From positions 390,042,001 to 390,106,000 of the forward strand of contig OZ024740.1 of assembly GCA_964016885.1 (NCBI GenBank): a DNA stretch of 64,000 nt. Reading direction: 5' to 3'. Each line of letters opens with the position of its first letter. Within the stretch, counting starts at the first letter, position 1. Made by a program: the position numbers and the translations under genes. This DNA comes from Eledone cirrhosa. Its lineage: Eukaryota. Below are positions 43,477 through 62,888 of the stretch, in pieces. Below the pieces are notes generated by a model, which saw only the letters and a program-made list of their open reading frames with translations, did not search any database and was not told the DNA's origin.

Positions 43477-43615
43477 GTGTATATATGTATATATATGTGT
43501 ATATATATGTGTATATATATATGTATATGTATGTATATGTATATATATATGTATATATATGTATATGTATATATATATGTATATGTATATGTATATATAT
43601 ATGTATATGTATATG

Positions 43616-43698
<83 letters not shown>

Positions 43699-43849
43699 GT
43701 ATATATATATATGTATATGTATGTATGTATATGTATGTATATGTATATGTATGTATATGTATATATATGTATATATATGTATATATGTATATATATGTAT
43801 ATATATATATATGTATATATATGTATATATATATATATGTATATATATG

Positions 43850-43887
<38 letters not shown>

Positions 43888-43925
43888 TGTATATATATGT
43901 ATATATATATATATGTATATATATG

Positions 43926-43958
<33 letters not shown>

Positions 43959-44047
43959 GTATATATATGTATATATATGTATATATATGTATATATATAT
44001 ATATGTATATGTATATATATATATGTATATATGTATATATATATATG

Positions 44048-44098
<51 letters not shown>

Positions 44099-44109
44099 AT
44101 GTATGTATA

Positions 44110-44160
<51 letters not shown>

Positions 44161-44201
44161 GTATATATATATATGTATATATATGTATATGTATATATAT
44201 G

Positions 44202-44248
<47 letters not shown>

Positions 44249-44259
44249 GTATATATATG

Positions 44260-44290
<31 letters not shown>

Positions 44291-44387
44291 GTATATATAT
44301 ATATGTATATATATATATATGTATATATATATATGTATATATATATATATGTATATATATATATGTATATATGTATATATATATATG

Positions 44388-44434
<47 letters not shown>

Positions 44435-44437
44435 GTG

Positions 44438-44470
<33 letters not shown>

Positions 44471-44545
44471 GTATATATATATATGTATATATATATATGT
44501 ATATATATATATATGTATATATATATATGTATATATATATATATG

Positions 44546-44590
<45 letters not shown>

Positions 44591-44707
44591 GTGTATATAT
44601 ATATATATGTATATATATATATGTATATATATATATGTACATATATATATGTATATATATATATGTATATATATATATGTATATATATATATGTATATAT
44701 ATATATG

Positions 44708-44738
<31 letters not shown>

Positions 44739-44753
44739 GTATATATATATATG

Positions 44754-44784
<31 letters not shown>

Positions 44785-44847
44785 GTATATATATATATGT
44801 ATATATATATATGTATGTATATATATGTATATATATGTATATATATG

Positions 44848-44898
<51 letters not shown>

Positions 44899-44968
44899 GT
44901 ATATATATGTATATATATATATGTATATATATATTATGTATATATATGTATATATATGTATATATATG

Positions 44969-45015
<47 letters not shown>

Positions 45016-45191
45016 GTATATATATATGTATATATATATGTATATATATATGTATATATATGTATATATATATGTATATATATATGTATATATATATGTA
45101 TATATATATATGTAATATATATATATGTATATATATATATGTATATATATATGTATATATATATGTATATATATATGTATATATATATATG

Positions 45192-45238
<47 letters not shown>

Positions 45239-45245
45239 GTATATG

Positions 45246-45326
<81 letters not shown>

Positions 45327-45641
45327 ATGTAATATATATATATATGTATGTATATATATATATGTATATATATGTATATTGTATATATATATGTATATGT
45401 ATGTATATATGTATGTATATATATATATATGTATATATGTATATATATATATGTATATGTATGTATATATGTATGTATATATATATATGTATATATGTAT
45501 ATGTATATATATATATATGTATATATATATATGTATATATATGTATATATGTATATATATATATATGTATATATATATATGTATATATATATATATGTAT
45601 ATATATATATGTATATATATATATATGTATATATATATATG

Positions 45642-45672
<31 letters not shown>

Positions 45673-45687
45673 GTATATATATATATG

Positions 45688-45732
<45 letters not shown>

Positions 45733-45823
45733 GTATATATATATATGTATATATATATATGTATATATGTATATATATATATATATGTATATATGTATAT
45801 ATATATATGTATATATATATATG

Positions 45824-45854
<31 letters not shown>

Positions 45855-45947
45855 GTATATATGTATATATATATATATGTATATATGTATATATATATAT
45901 GTATATATATATATGTATATATATATGTATATATATATATGTATATG

Positions 45948-45996
<49 letters not shown>

Positions 45997-46015
45997 GTAT
46001 ATGTATATATATATG

Positions 46016-46102
<87 letters not shown>

Positions 46103-46401
46103 GTATATATATGTAGATATAATGTATATATATATGTATATATATGTATATATATGTATATATATATATATATGTATATATATGTATATATATATGTATA
46201 TATATATATATGTATATATATGTATATATATATGTATATATATATATATATGTATATATATATGTATATATATATGTATATATATATGTATATATATATG
46301 TATATATATATATGTATGTATATTATATATGTGTATGTATATATATATATATATATATATGTGTATATATATATATATGTATGTATATATATATATATGT
46401 G

Positions 46402-46432
<31 letters not shown>

Positions 46433-46708
46433 GTGTATGTATATATATAATGTATATATATATATATATATATGTGTATGTATATATATAATGTATATAT
46501 ATATATATATATATGTGTATGTATATATATAATGTATATATATATATATATATATGTGTATGTATATATATAATGTATATATATATATATATATGTGTAT
46601 GTATATATATAATGTATATATATATATATATATATGTGTATGTATATATATAATGTATATATATATATATGTGTATGTATATATATATATGTGTATATAT
46701 ATATATAT
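41664..46708. repeat. About 5.0 kb degenerate (TA)nTG array with higher-order blocks
   Basis: Directly visible. Confidence 0.97.
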
Positions 46709-46710
46709 AA

Positions 46711-50319
<3,609 letters not shown>

Positions 50320-50715
50320 ATCATCATCATCATCATCACCGTTTTACGTCCGTTCTTCCACGCTAGCATGGGTTAGACGGGTTGTCCTGTTGTGGGCAGT
50401 GTCTGGTCGGCTGACCATGCCTTGCTCATACAGGAACTGATCTGGCTTGATTTCTACAGCTGGATGTCCTTCCTAACACCAACCTCATTTACAGTGAGTG
50501 CTGGGTGCTTTTTCGTGGCGCCTACACGTCCACTTTACAGTGTGGGCTGGGTGCTTTTTTTGCCGTGGCACCTCCCCGACCACCTTGCGGTGGGGGGAGT
50601 GGGGGCATATTGTTTATATGCTTCAGCATGTACCCATGGGAGGTCGGGTACCCTGTATTACTGCGTGACGCCAGAAGTCACGGTCGTGTGTCATTGTCTT
50701 TGAGAGGTGTAGTTG
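50320..50715 (-). mobile_element. RTE family A 3' fragment
   Basis: Reverse complement matches about 8837-9228, including the tail. Confidence 0.9.
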
Positions 50716-50784
50716 TATATGTATATGTATATATATATATATATCTCTATATATATATATATATATATATACATATATATGTCC

Positions 50785-50822
<38 letters not shown>

Positions 50823-50832
50823 TAGTAATAAT

Positions 50833-50971
50833 TGTTTCTACGTTAGGCACAAGGCCAGCAAATATCAAGTGTATTACTGGTACTTTATTTTATCGACCCC
50901 GTGAGGATGAAAGGCAAAGTTAACCTCGGTGGGATTTGACTTTGCCTTTCATCCTTACGGGGTCGATAAAA
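50833..50971 (-). mobile_element. Truncated SINE with an inverted segment and 18-bp TSD
   Basis: Same family as 15098; TSD tatattaatagtaataat at 50815-50832 and 50972-50989. Confidence 0.8.
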
Positions 50972-50994
50972 TATATTAATAGTAATAATAATAA

Positions 50995-51030
50995 ATATAT
51001 ATATATATATGTACATATATATATATGTAC

Positions 51031-51078
<48 letters not shown>

Positions 51079-51135
51079 GTATATATATATATGTATATAT
51101 ATATATGTATATATATATATGTATATATATATATG

Positions 51136-51169
<34 letters not shown>

Positions 51170-51260
51170 TGTGTATATATGTATATATGTGTATATATAT
51201 ATATATATGTGTATATATGTATATATGTGTATATATATATATATATGTGTATATATGTAT

Positions 51261-51296
<36 letters not shown>

Positions 51297-51299
51297 GTA

Positions 51300-51330
<31 letters not shown>

Positions 51331-51371
51331 ATATATATATATGTATATATATATATGTATATATATATATG

Positions 51372-51402
<31 letters not shown>

Positions 51403-51770
51403 GTGTATATATATATGTATATATATATGTATATATGTATATATATATATATGTGTATATATGTATATATGTATATATATATATATGTGTATATATATAT
51501 ATATGTGTATATATATATATATATGTGTATATATATATATATATGTGTGTATATATATATATATATGTGTATATATATATATATATGTGTGTGTATATAT
51601 ATATATATGTGTATATATATATATATATATGTGTATATATATATATATATGTGTATATATATATATATGTGTATATATGTATATATATGTGTATATATGT
51701 ATATATATGTGTATATATGTATATATATGTGTATATATGTATATATATGTGTATATATGTATATATATGT
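50995..51770. repeat. (TA)nTG array
   Basis: Directly visible. Confidence 0.95.
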
Positions 51771-51980
51771 ATCATCATCAACGTTTAACGTCCGTGTTCC
51801 ACGCTTGCATGGGTTTGGACGGGGGTAGTCCCACTTGAGGCAAGAGTGATTGTCTTGCTCGCATAGGACTGTCTGGCAGGTTTTCTACAGTTGGATGCCC
51901 TTCCTAACACCAACCACATTTACAGTTTACAGTGTGGGTCTGGGAGGTTTTTACCGCGTTGCCTACACGGCCACATTACA
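51771..51980 (-). mobile_element. RTE family B 3'UTR fragment
   Basis: Reverse complement of about 49820-50020. Confidence 0.9.
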
Positions 51981-51995
51981 TATATATATATTTAT

Positions 51996-52039
<44 letters not shown>

Positions 52040-52084
52040 ATTAAATATTAAATAAATGGAAAACTATATTTATAAAACCATATT

Positions 52085-52150
52085 TATTTCATTATATATA
52101 TTTCGGGGATATCATATTAACAATATGCTATGCCTTCATCAGACAAAATA
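52085..52150 (-). ncRNA. Minimal type I hammerhead ribozyme (mirror copy)
   Basis: Reverse complement of 52229-52294. Confidence 0.7.
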
Positions 52151-52228
52151 CAATATAAACAGTTTTATAGATAAATATATAAATATATATATAAATATAT
52201 ATACATATCTATAAAACTGTTTATATTG

Positions 52229-52294
52229 TATTTTGTCTGATGAAGGCATAGCATATTGTTAATATGATATCCCCGAAATATATATAATGAAATA
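52229..52294 (+). ncRNA. Minimal type I hammerhead ribozyme
   Basis: tattttgt-CTGATGA-(stem II with catatt/aatatg)-GAAA-tatata-TA-atgaaata; stem I 8 bp with two G-U pairs; palindromic stem III. Confidence 0.72.
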
Positions 52295-52426
52295 AATATG
52301 GTTTTATAAATATAGTTTTCCATTTATTTAATATTGTAAATATACTCCAAGTATTTGTCGAGTGCTTTTATATCAGTTATAAATATTTACTAGTTGTAAC
52401 CCAACAATTTTAAATATAACTTTACA

Positions 52427-52638
52427 TGTATATATATATATATATATGTATATATATGTATATATATGTATATGTATATATATGTATATATATGTATATA
52501 TATATATGTATATATATGTATATATATGTATATATATATATGTATATATATGTATATATATATATGTATATATATGTATATATATGTATATATATATATA
52601 TGTATATATATGTATATGTATATATATGTATATATATG

Positions 52639-52671
<33 letters not shown>

Positions 52672-52758
52672 GTATATATATGTATATATATGTATATATA
52701 TGTATGTATATATGTATGTATATATGTATATATATGTATATATATGTATGTATATATG

Positions 52759-52813
<55 letters not shown>

Positions 52814-52908
52814 GTATATATATGTATGTATATATGTATATGTATATATGTATATATATATATGTATATATATATATGTATATATATATATGTATATGTA
52901 TGTATATG

Positions 52909-52941
<33 letters not shown>

Positions 52942-52958
52942 ATATATATGTATGTATG

Positions 52959-53029
<71 letters not shown>

Positions 53030-53115
53030 GTATATATATGTATATATATATGTATATATATGTATATATATATGTATATATATATATATATGTATATATA
53101 TGTATATATATATAT
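52427..53115. repeat. (TA)nTG array
   Basis: Directly visible. Confidence 0.95.
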
Positions 53116-53269
53116 ACAGCACTCACTGTATATACAGCACTCACTGTAAATGAGGTTGGTGTTAGGAAGGGCATCCAGCTGTAGAAATCAAGCCAGAATC
53201 AGTTCCCGTCCCACCCTTGCAAGCAGGGAAAAGCGGACGTAAAATGAAATGATGAAATGATGAAATGAT
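53116..53269 (+). mobile_element. RTE-related 3' fragment with a (TGAAATGA)n tail
   Basis: First part matches family A 9049-9118, then a different terminus and tail. Confidence 0.75.
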
Positions 53270-54637
<1,368 letters not shown>

Positions 54638-54690
54638 TGTAAAATCAAGTTAAATAAAAGTCAAATGATTAAAATTTAGCTTCGTTTATT

Positions 54691-54746
54691 ACTGCTATAT
54701 ATATTTCAGTGACACGCTATCTTTGGCTGTGACCTCTTCAGGCAGT
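54691..54746 (-). ncRNA. Minimal type I hammerhead ribozyme in the 3' pLTR
   Basis: Reverse complement: actgc-CTGAAGA-stem II-GAAA-tatata-TA-gcagt. Confidence 0.78.
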
Positions 54747-55935
54747 TTTGAATTAGTATGGTATAGACAAGTACATATGTTGTATAGGTGTATGATATTG
54801 TCAATACTCTGATATGCCCAGTTCCTTGCTGGGTTGTTAATTCACTGGGGAACTGGAGTTATATGAATTCAAACAAACGAATTTTCGTGTCACAGGTCCC
54901 CATTCTCCTCTCATTGGTCAGTTATTAGTGTTGTCATTGTTGGAGTTAGCTTAAAAATTGATAAAATGGTAGAAGGGACAAGGTGTTGAAGGAACAAAAT
55001 ATAAAAAAATGTGTCAAACTTCCCATTGTTCAGTTCTGAGAGCATTCCTCAGTCAGAAGTCTATAGAATTCTTTCTGAGGTGAGGCTCCCTGTAGTGTTT
55101 ATGCCTGCTATTGTTCAGTACATTTGACCTCCACCATTATTTTGGTACTGTTGTTGTTGTAGTGGTCAGCTTATATCTTGCTGCTGCTAACAATTTAGAA
55201 GTATTCAGTTTGTGTTTTCTCTTCATCCCACCCGCCACCATCGTAGTGGTGGTGGCGGGGGGGGGGGTTATTTCATGTATATGAAGAAATATAAGGCAAT
55301 AAATGAAGAAAACAGAAGATAAATAAATAATATAATAAAATAAAATAATTAATATAATTTGTGTAATTTGAAAATAAATAAATAAATAGAGAATAAAGAA
55401 TAAAGAGTAAATGAGAGATTGGTGAAAAAGTAATGATAATGTATATGGAGAAGTGAGAAATAATGTAGGATAAAGTGTGTGTGTGTGTGTGTGCTATAAC
55501 CAATCTCAAGGTCAGAATATGTTGGATAGATTGGTATGATACAAGATGTTAAGATGAGATATTCAATGTGTTTGTGTTATAATCTATCTCAACTTAAAAT
55601 AAATATATGGTTATACAGTGAAGAGGGCAGAAAACAAATAACAAATTAATATAGAGAAATCAAGATTTAAGATTGGAACTTTAAAGTCAGAAATCTGGTA
55701 AATTAAAAGTGTTTGTGTTATAGATGTTGGCCAGATTATTATGGCTGTGTCCGATTCTGTCTCTAGGCTATCATGGTGTCTGCTCCGCCTGGGTTGTTCC
55801 CTATGGCTTGAGGGGAGTTCACAACCTAGGGTGTTGTAATTGTTCATATAGCTTGAGGGAGGTCTGGCCGAGAGGTGTTTTCATGTTCTGTAGAAGTCCC
55901 TATAGCTTGAGGGGAGTTCACATCTTCTTGTGTTG

Positions 55936-57459
55936 CTACTGTCCATATATTTTGAGAAAGGTCCCGGCTCTAAGGTGTCTGCATGTCCCGAAGAAGTCGG
56001 TTCTGAGGTTTATCAGGCCGCTTCCACCTCTTAGTATCTCGAGGGTCTCGTTCAGGCATAGTTTGCATATGCAAGATCCCCCTTTATCGGGTGGTACTTT
56101 CCTGATTATGTACCAGGCCAGAGAGTATGGGGTCCTGTCCAGCTTAAGCTTCCAGATCAGGTCGGAGAGAGCTGTGCTTTTCCTTTTGGCCTCCTTCTTG
56201 AATGAATGGCGATGGTTGTACCAGCGGTCCTTAAAGCTCGTTGATGTGGCTCCTATGTAGAGGTGTTCGGAGTTGGGGGTTTTAACCCTACAACCGTACA
56301 CTATGTTCTTCTTGAGACATTCATTACCAAGGGGGCATGATTCGGGGTTTCTACAGTTGCAGAGGGTGGGCGGCCTCTGCGTACTTAGATTAGGGTTCTC
56401 ATTATGTGTTACATGTTGGTCTTCCCCCATGCTCGGTGGGGGGTCCTTGGGTCTGTTTGTGTTTCTTGGGTGGGCTCTGGGTCCCCCCTTCCCTCCTTTC
56501 ACATGGTTCTGCTGAGTGTTTGTATTGCCATCTTCTGGTTGTGTGTGGTTTTTAAGCCTACTTCTGTTGATGCTAGCTATGTGTTGGGCCAAATTTCTCG
56601 TGGTGGAATACGAAAGCTTCACAGTGTGTCTGTTGAAGATCCTGTGGTATCTGTGGTCCCTCGGGAAGCATTTGTCAAGTGCTCCAAAGAACAATCGGGC
56701 CAAGCTTTTCTTTAGGGCCGCTGAGTAGGGTGGGTTGTACCACGTGATTTGTCGGTGTCTCCTCCTATATGTGTGGGTTGGGGGCTTCGTGATTTGTTGG
56801 AGATTTGTTGGTTTGCTGGTGGTTTCCGCACTGTTGCTTCCCTTTTGGGCTCTATACTTTCTGTTATCTTCACGGCCCGGATTTGTGGGGTGGTTGTTGT
56901 CTGCCCCGGGAGATCCATCGTGGGGTGGTCGCCCGTTTCCTCCCCCCCCACGTGTCCTGCGGTTGGGGTTGTCCGTCCTGGGGTAGTTAGCATCACGCCT
57001 GAGACTGCTACTCATATTGTGCTCCATCTCGTGGTCAAGCGCACTAGTCCCCACCGCCCGTGTGGTGGTGTCTGGTACATGGTGCCTATTTGATTTTGCT
57101 CTGCCTGTATTGTTAGGGTTCGCCCTCCCCCCTCTGGTAACGCGGTTGTGGGTGTCTGTTGGGCTATCCACCTCCCGGCTTTTCGGACTATATGTTATAT
57201 TTAGTCCATGTGCTGCCTTCTTTAGAGCTGCGTTGTAATATTCCGCGTGGTTGTTGAATATTTCCTTACTTGCGGACAGGCTAGAGATCCTGTCCGAGAC
57301 ACTCTTCACCACTGCCTTGGTTATGGATCTAGGGTGGTTTGATTTGGCGTTAACATATACTAGTTTCTCGTTGGGCTTGTGGTAGGGGTAGTATTGCTCG
57401 GTGTTCAGGTTTAGGGTGGTGTCTAGGAAGTTAACTACCTTCCTATTTGGGTCTATTTC
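55936..57459 (-). CDS. PLE polyprotein, partial (RT thumb plus GIY-YIG endonuclease)
   Basis: VNFLDTTL...YHKPNE..YVNAKSNHP, TWYNPPYS, VKLSYS, CNCRNPESC (CxCx5C), IVY...YIG...RWYNH, STALS, CKLCLNE. Confidence 0.88.
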   Translation of the reverse strand, partial: EIDPNRKVVNFLDTTLNLNTEQYYPYHKPNEKLVYVNAKSNHPRSITKAVVKSVSDRISSLSASKEIFNNHAEYYNAALKKAAHGLNITYSPKSREVDSPTDTHNRVTRGGRANPNNTGRAKSNRHHVPDTTTRAVGTSALDHEMEHNMSSSLRRDANYPRTDNPNRRTRGGGGNGRPPHDGSPGADNNHPTNPGREDNRKYRAQKGSNSAETTSKPTNLQQITKPPTHTYRRRHRQITWYNPPYSAALKKSLARLFFGALDKCFPRDHRYHRIFNRHTVKLSYSTTRNLAQHIASINRSRLKNHTQPEDGNTNTQQNHVKGGKGGPRAHPRNTNRPKDPPPSMGEDQHVTHNENPNLSTQRPPTLCNCRNPESCPLGNECLKKNIVYGCRVKTPNSEHLYIGATSTSFKDRWYNHRHSFKKEAKRKSTALSDLIWKLKLDRTPYSLAWYIIRKVPPDKGGSCICKLCLNETLEILRGGSGLINLRTDFFGTCRHLRAGTFLKIYGQ

Positions 57460-57481
57460 TGTCTATACCATACTAATTCAA

Positions 57482-57536
57482 ACTGCCTGAAGAGGTCACA
57501 GCCAAAGATGGCTGTCACTGAAATATATATAGCAGT
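57482..57536 (+). ncRNA. Minimal type I hammerhead ribozyme in the inverted pLTR
   Basis: Stem I actgc/gcagt, CTGAAGA, stem II acagcca/tggctgt with aaga loop, GAAA, palindromic tatata; predicted cut after A57531. Confidence 0.82.
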
Positions 57537-57711
57537 AATAAACGAAGCTAAATTTTAATCATTTGACTTTTATTTAACTTTATTTTACACTACTCTGGAG
57601 TAACCAAACCAACCTGCGCACTTCGTCGAGTGCTCCAGCCTGCATACTGAGGTGTTGGTATACAACCAACATAAACTCAAAATCTATATATATATATGTA
57701 TATATGTATAT

Positions 57712-59253
57712 ATGGCTTGTGAGGGCTATACAAGCCATGTATAAAGAAACAGTCAGCAAGGTTAGAATTAACAACGAATATAGTGAAGAGTTTAGCGTAA
57801 AAGTTGGCGTCCATCAGGGCTCTGTTCTCAGCCCCCTACTATTTATTATTGCCCTTCAGGCTATAACAGAGGAGTTCAAGACAGGCTGCCCATGGGAACT
57901 CCTATACGCAGACGACCTGACACTCATAGCGGAATCAATGGCCGAGCTAGAGAAGAAATTCCAAACATGGAAGCACGGCCTAGAGTCAAAAGGACTTAAA
58001 ATTAACCTGGCTAAGACCAAAGTTCTAGTTTGTAGGAAAGAAAACAAGGCGGCGGTCCCTTCTGGGAAATGGTCGTGCTCGGTGTGTAGGAAAGGCGTAG
58101 GTAGAAACTCCATTTTGTGTCCTAAATGCAAAGTATGGGTGCATAAAAGATGTAGTGGGATCACAGGTAAGCTAACTAAGAACATAGATTTTACATGTGG
58201 CCGGTGTTCTGGTGCAATAAGTAGCAGCAAGTGCCCACACAATACTAGCTCTTTCAATTGCGCAGAGGGTTCTATAGAAATAGTGGACAGCTTCCGTTAT
58301 CTGGGCGATAAAATCAGCAGTGGGGGAGGGTGCTCTGAAAGTACTGTAGCTAGAGTCAGAACTGGTTGGAAAAAGTTCAGAGAGCTTATACCACTATTAG
58401 CTGCTAAAGGGTTCTCCCTAAAAATGAAAGGCAGGTTGTACGATGCCTGCATACGAACAGCAATGTTGCATGGCAGTGAGACCTGGGCATTGTGTGCAGA
58501 GGATATACGCAGACTAGAGAGGAACGAAGCTTGCATGCTCCGCTGGATGTGTAACAGTAATATACGTGAACGGCAAAGCATAAACGAACTAAGGAAAAAA
58601 TTAGAGATAAGAGGGATCAGATGTTGTTTACTCGAGAGAAGGCTACGTTGGTATGGACACGTGATGCGCATGAAAGTCGATAGCTGTATAACAAAGTGCA
58701 GGGCAATAAAGATAGACGGTAGCCACGGAATAGGCAGACCTAGAAAAACCTGGGACGAGCTGATAAACTCCGACCTCACACACTTACACCTCTCCAAGAC
58801 AATGTCACTGGACCGAGACCTTTGGCGGTACTCAGTAACAGAGAAGACCCGCCTTGCCAGTAGGCATCTCTAACAAAATACACCCCCGTCCCACCACCAC
58901 CACCCCCACCCCATCCACACCACCCCCACCCCATCCACACCACCCCGTCCTATGTAAAGTTATGTTGGTGCCGCGCCATCCGGGCCGAAACAAATGAGAT
59001 CGTGTAGGTGTCACGACAAAAAAACACACAGTCCACGCTGTAATGTGGCCGTGTAGGCAACACGGTAAAAACCTCCCAGACCCACACTGTAAATGTGGTT
59101 GGTGTTAGGAAGGGCATCCAACTGTAGAAAACCTGCCAGACAGTCCTATGCGAGCAAGACAATCACTCTTGCCTCAAGTGGGACTACCCCCGTCCAAACC
59201 CATGCAAGCGTGGAACACGGACGTAAAACGTTGATGATGATGATGATGATGAT
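57712..59253 (+). mobile_element. RTE family B, 5'-truncated
   Basis: ORF 57704-58873 with [15 protein letters not shown]; (GAT)n tail; 3' part nearly identical to 48851-50033. Confidence 0.95.
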
Positions 59254-60949
<1,696 letters not shown>

Positions 60950-62300
60950 TTCTAGTTTGTAGGAAAGAAAATAAGGCGGCGGTCCCATCGGGGAAATGGC
61001 CATGCTCAGTGTGTAGGAAAGGCGTAGGTAGAAACTCCATTTTATGTCCCAAATGCAAAGTATGGGTGCATAAAAGATGTAGTGGGATCACAGGTAAGCT
61101 AACTAAGAACATAGATTTTACATGTGGCCGGTGCTCTGGTGCAATAAGTAGCAGCAAGTGCCCACAAAATACTAGCTCCTTCAACTGCGCAGAGGGTTCT
61201 ATAGAAATAGTGGACAGCTTCCGTTATCTGGGTGACAAAATCAGCAGTGGGGGAGGGTGCTCTGAAAGTACAGTAGCTAGAGTCAGAACTGGATGGAAAA
61301 AGTTCAGAGAGCTTATACCACTATTAGCCGCTAGAGGGTTCTCCCTAAAAATGAAAGGCAGGTTATACGATGCCTGCATACGAACAGCAATGCTGCATGG
61401 CAGTGAGACCTGGGCATTGTGTGCAGAGGATATACGCAGACTAGAGAGGAACGAAGCTTGCATGCTCCGCTGGATGTGCAATAGTAATATACGTGAACGG
61501 CAAAGCATAAACGAACTAAGGAAAAAATTAGAAATAAGAGGGATCAGATGTTGTTTACTCGAGAGAAGGCTACGTTGGTACGGTCACGTGATGCGCATGA
61601 AAGACGACAGCTGTATAACAAAGTGCAGGGCAATAAAGATAGACGGTAGCCACGGAGTAGGCAGACCCAGAAAAACATGGGACGAGCTGATAAATTCCGA
61701 CCTCACACGCTTACACCTCTCCAAGACAATGTCACTGGACCGAGACCTTTGGCGGTACTCAGTAATAGAGAAGACCCGCCTTACCTAAATACAAAGTAAA
61801 AACCTACTACAGTCAGTAGGCACCTCTATCAAAACACACCCCCGTCCCACCACCTCCACCCCACCCACACCGCCCCTTTCAATGTAAAGTTATGTTGGTC
61901 CCACAACATCCAGGCCGAAACAAATGAGATCGTGTAGGTGTCACGACAAAAAACACACAGTCCACGCTGTAAATGTGGCCGTGTAGGCAACACGGTAAAA
62001 ACCTCCCAGCCCCACACTGTAAATGTGGTTGGTGTTAGGAAGGGCATCCAGCTGTAGAAAACCAGCCAGACAGTCCACGCTGTAATGTGGCCGTGTAGGC
62101 AACACGGTAAAAACCTCCCAGCCCCACACTGTAAATGTGGTTGGTGTTAGGAAGGGCATCCAACTGTAGAAAACCCGCCAGACAGTCCTATGCGAGCAAG
62201 ACAACCACTCTTGCCTCAAGTGGGAAAACCCCCGTCCAAACCCATGCAAGCGTGGAACACGGACGCTAAACCTGATGATGATGATGATGATGATGATGAT
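60950..62300 (+). mobile_element. RTE family B, 5'-truncated, with a 3'UTR tandem duplication of about 113 bp
   Basis: LVCRKENK...KTRLT*; (GAT)n tail. Confidence 0.94.
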
Positions 62301-62351
62301 ATATGTATATATATATATGTGTATATATATATATGTGTATATATATATATG

Positions 62352-62382
<31 letters not shown>

Positions 62383-62391
62383 GTATATATG

Positions 62392-62454
<63 letters not shown>

Positions 62455-62748
62455 ATATGTATATATGTATATATGTATATATGTATATATATATATATGT
62501 ATATATGTATATATGTATATATGTATATATATATATATGTATATATATATATGTATATATATATATGTATATATATATATGTATATATATATATGTATAT
62601 ATATATATATGTATATATATATATGTATATATATATATGTATATATATATATGTATATATATATATGTATATATATATATGTATATATATATATGTATAT
62701 ATATATATGTGTATATGTATATATATATATATGTATGTATATATGTAT

Positions 62749-62788
<40 letters not shown>

Positions 62789-62888
62789 GTATATATATAT
62801 ATATGTATATATATGTATGTATATATATATATGTATATATATATGTGTATGTATATATATGTGTATATGTATATATGTATATATATGT
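62301..62888. repeat. (TA)nTG array
   Basis: Directly visible. Confidence 0.95.

Larger units (their letters stand above)
52044..52335. repeat. Perfect inverted repeat, 130-bp arms and 32-bp spacer; Penelope-like pLTR pair
   Basis: 52044-52173 is the exact reverse complement of 52206-52335. Confidence 0.92.
54638..57684 (-). mobile_element. Penelope-like element (Naiad-type), 5'-truncated, with inverted pLTRs
   Basis: Inverted repeats 54638-54769 and 57460-57589; minus-strand RT C-terminus plus GIY-YIG ORF. Confidence 0.9.

Noticed and set aside
54770-57459. Selenoprotein (in-frame UGA plus SECIS) as reported for some Naiads
   Set aside because: The visible ORF has no internal UGA and ends in TAG; no SECIS could be identified by eye.
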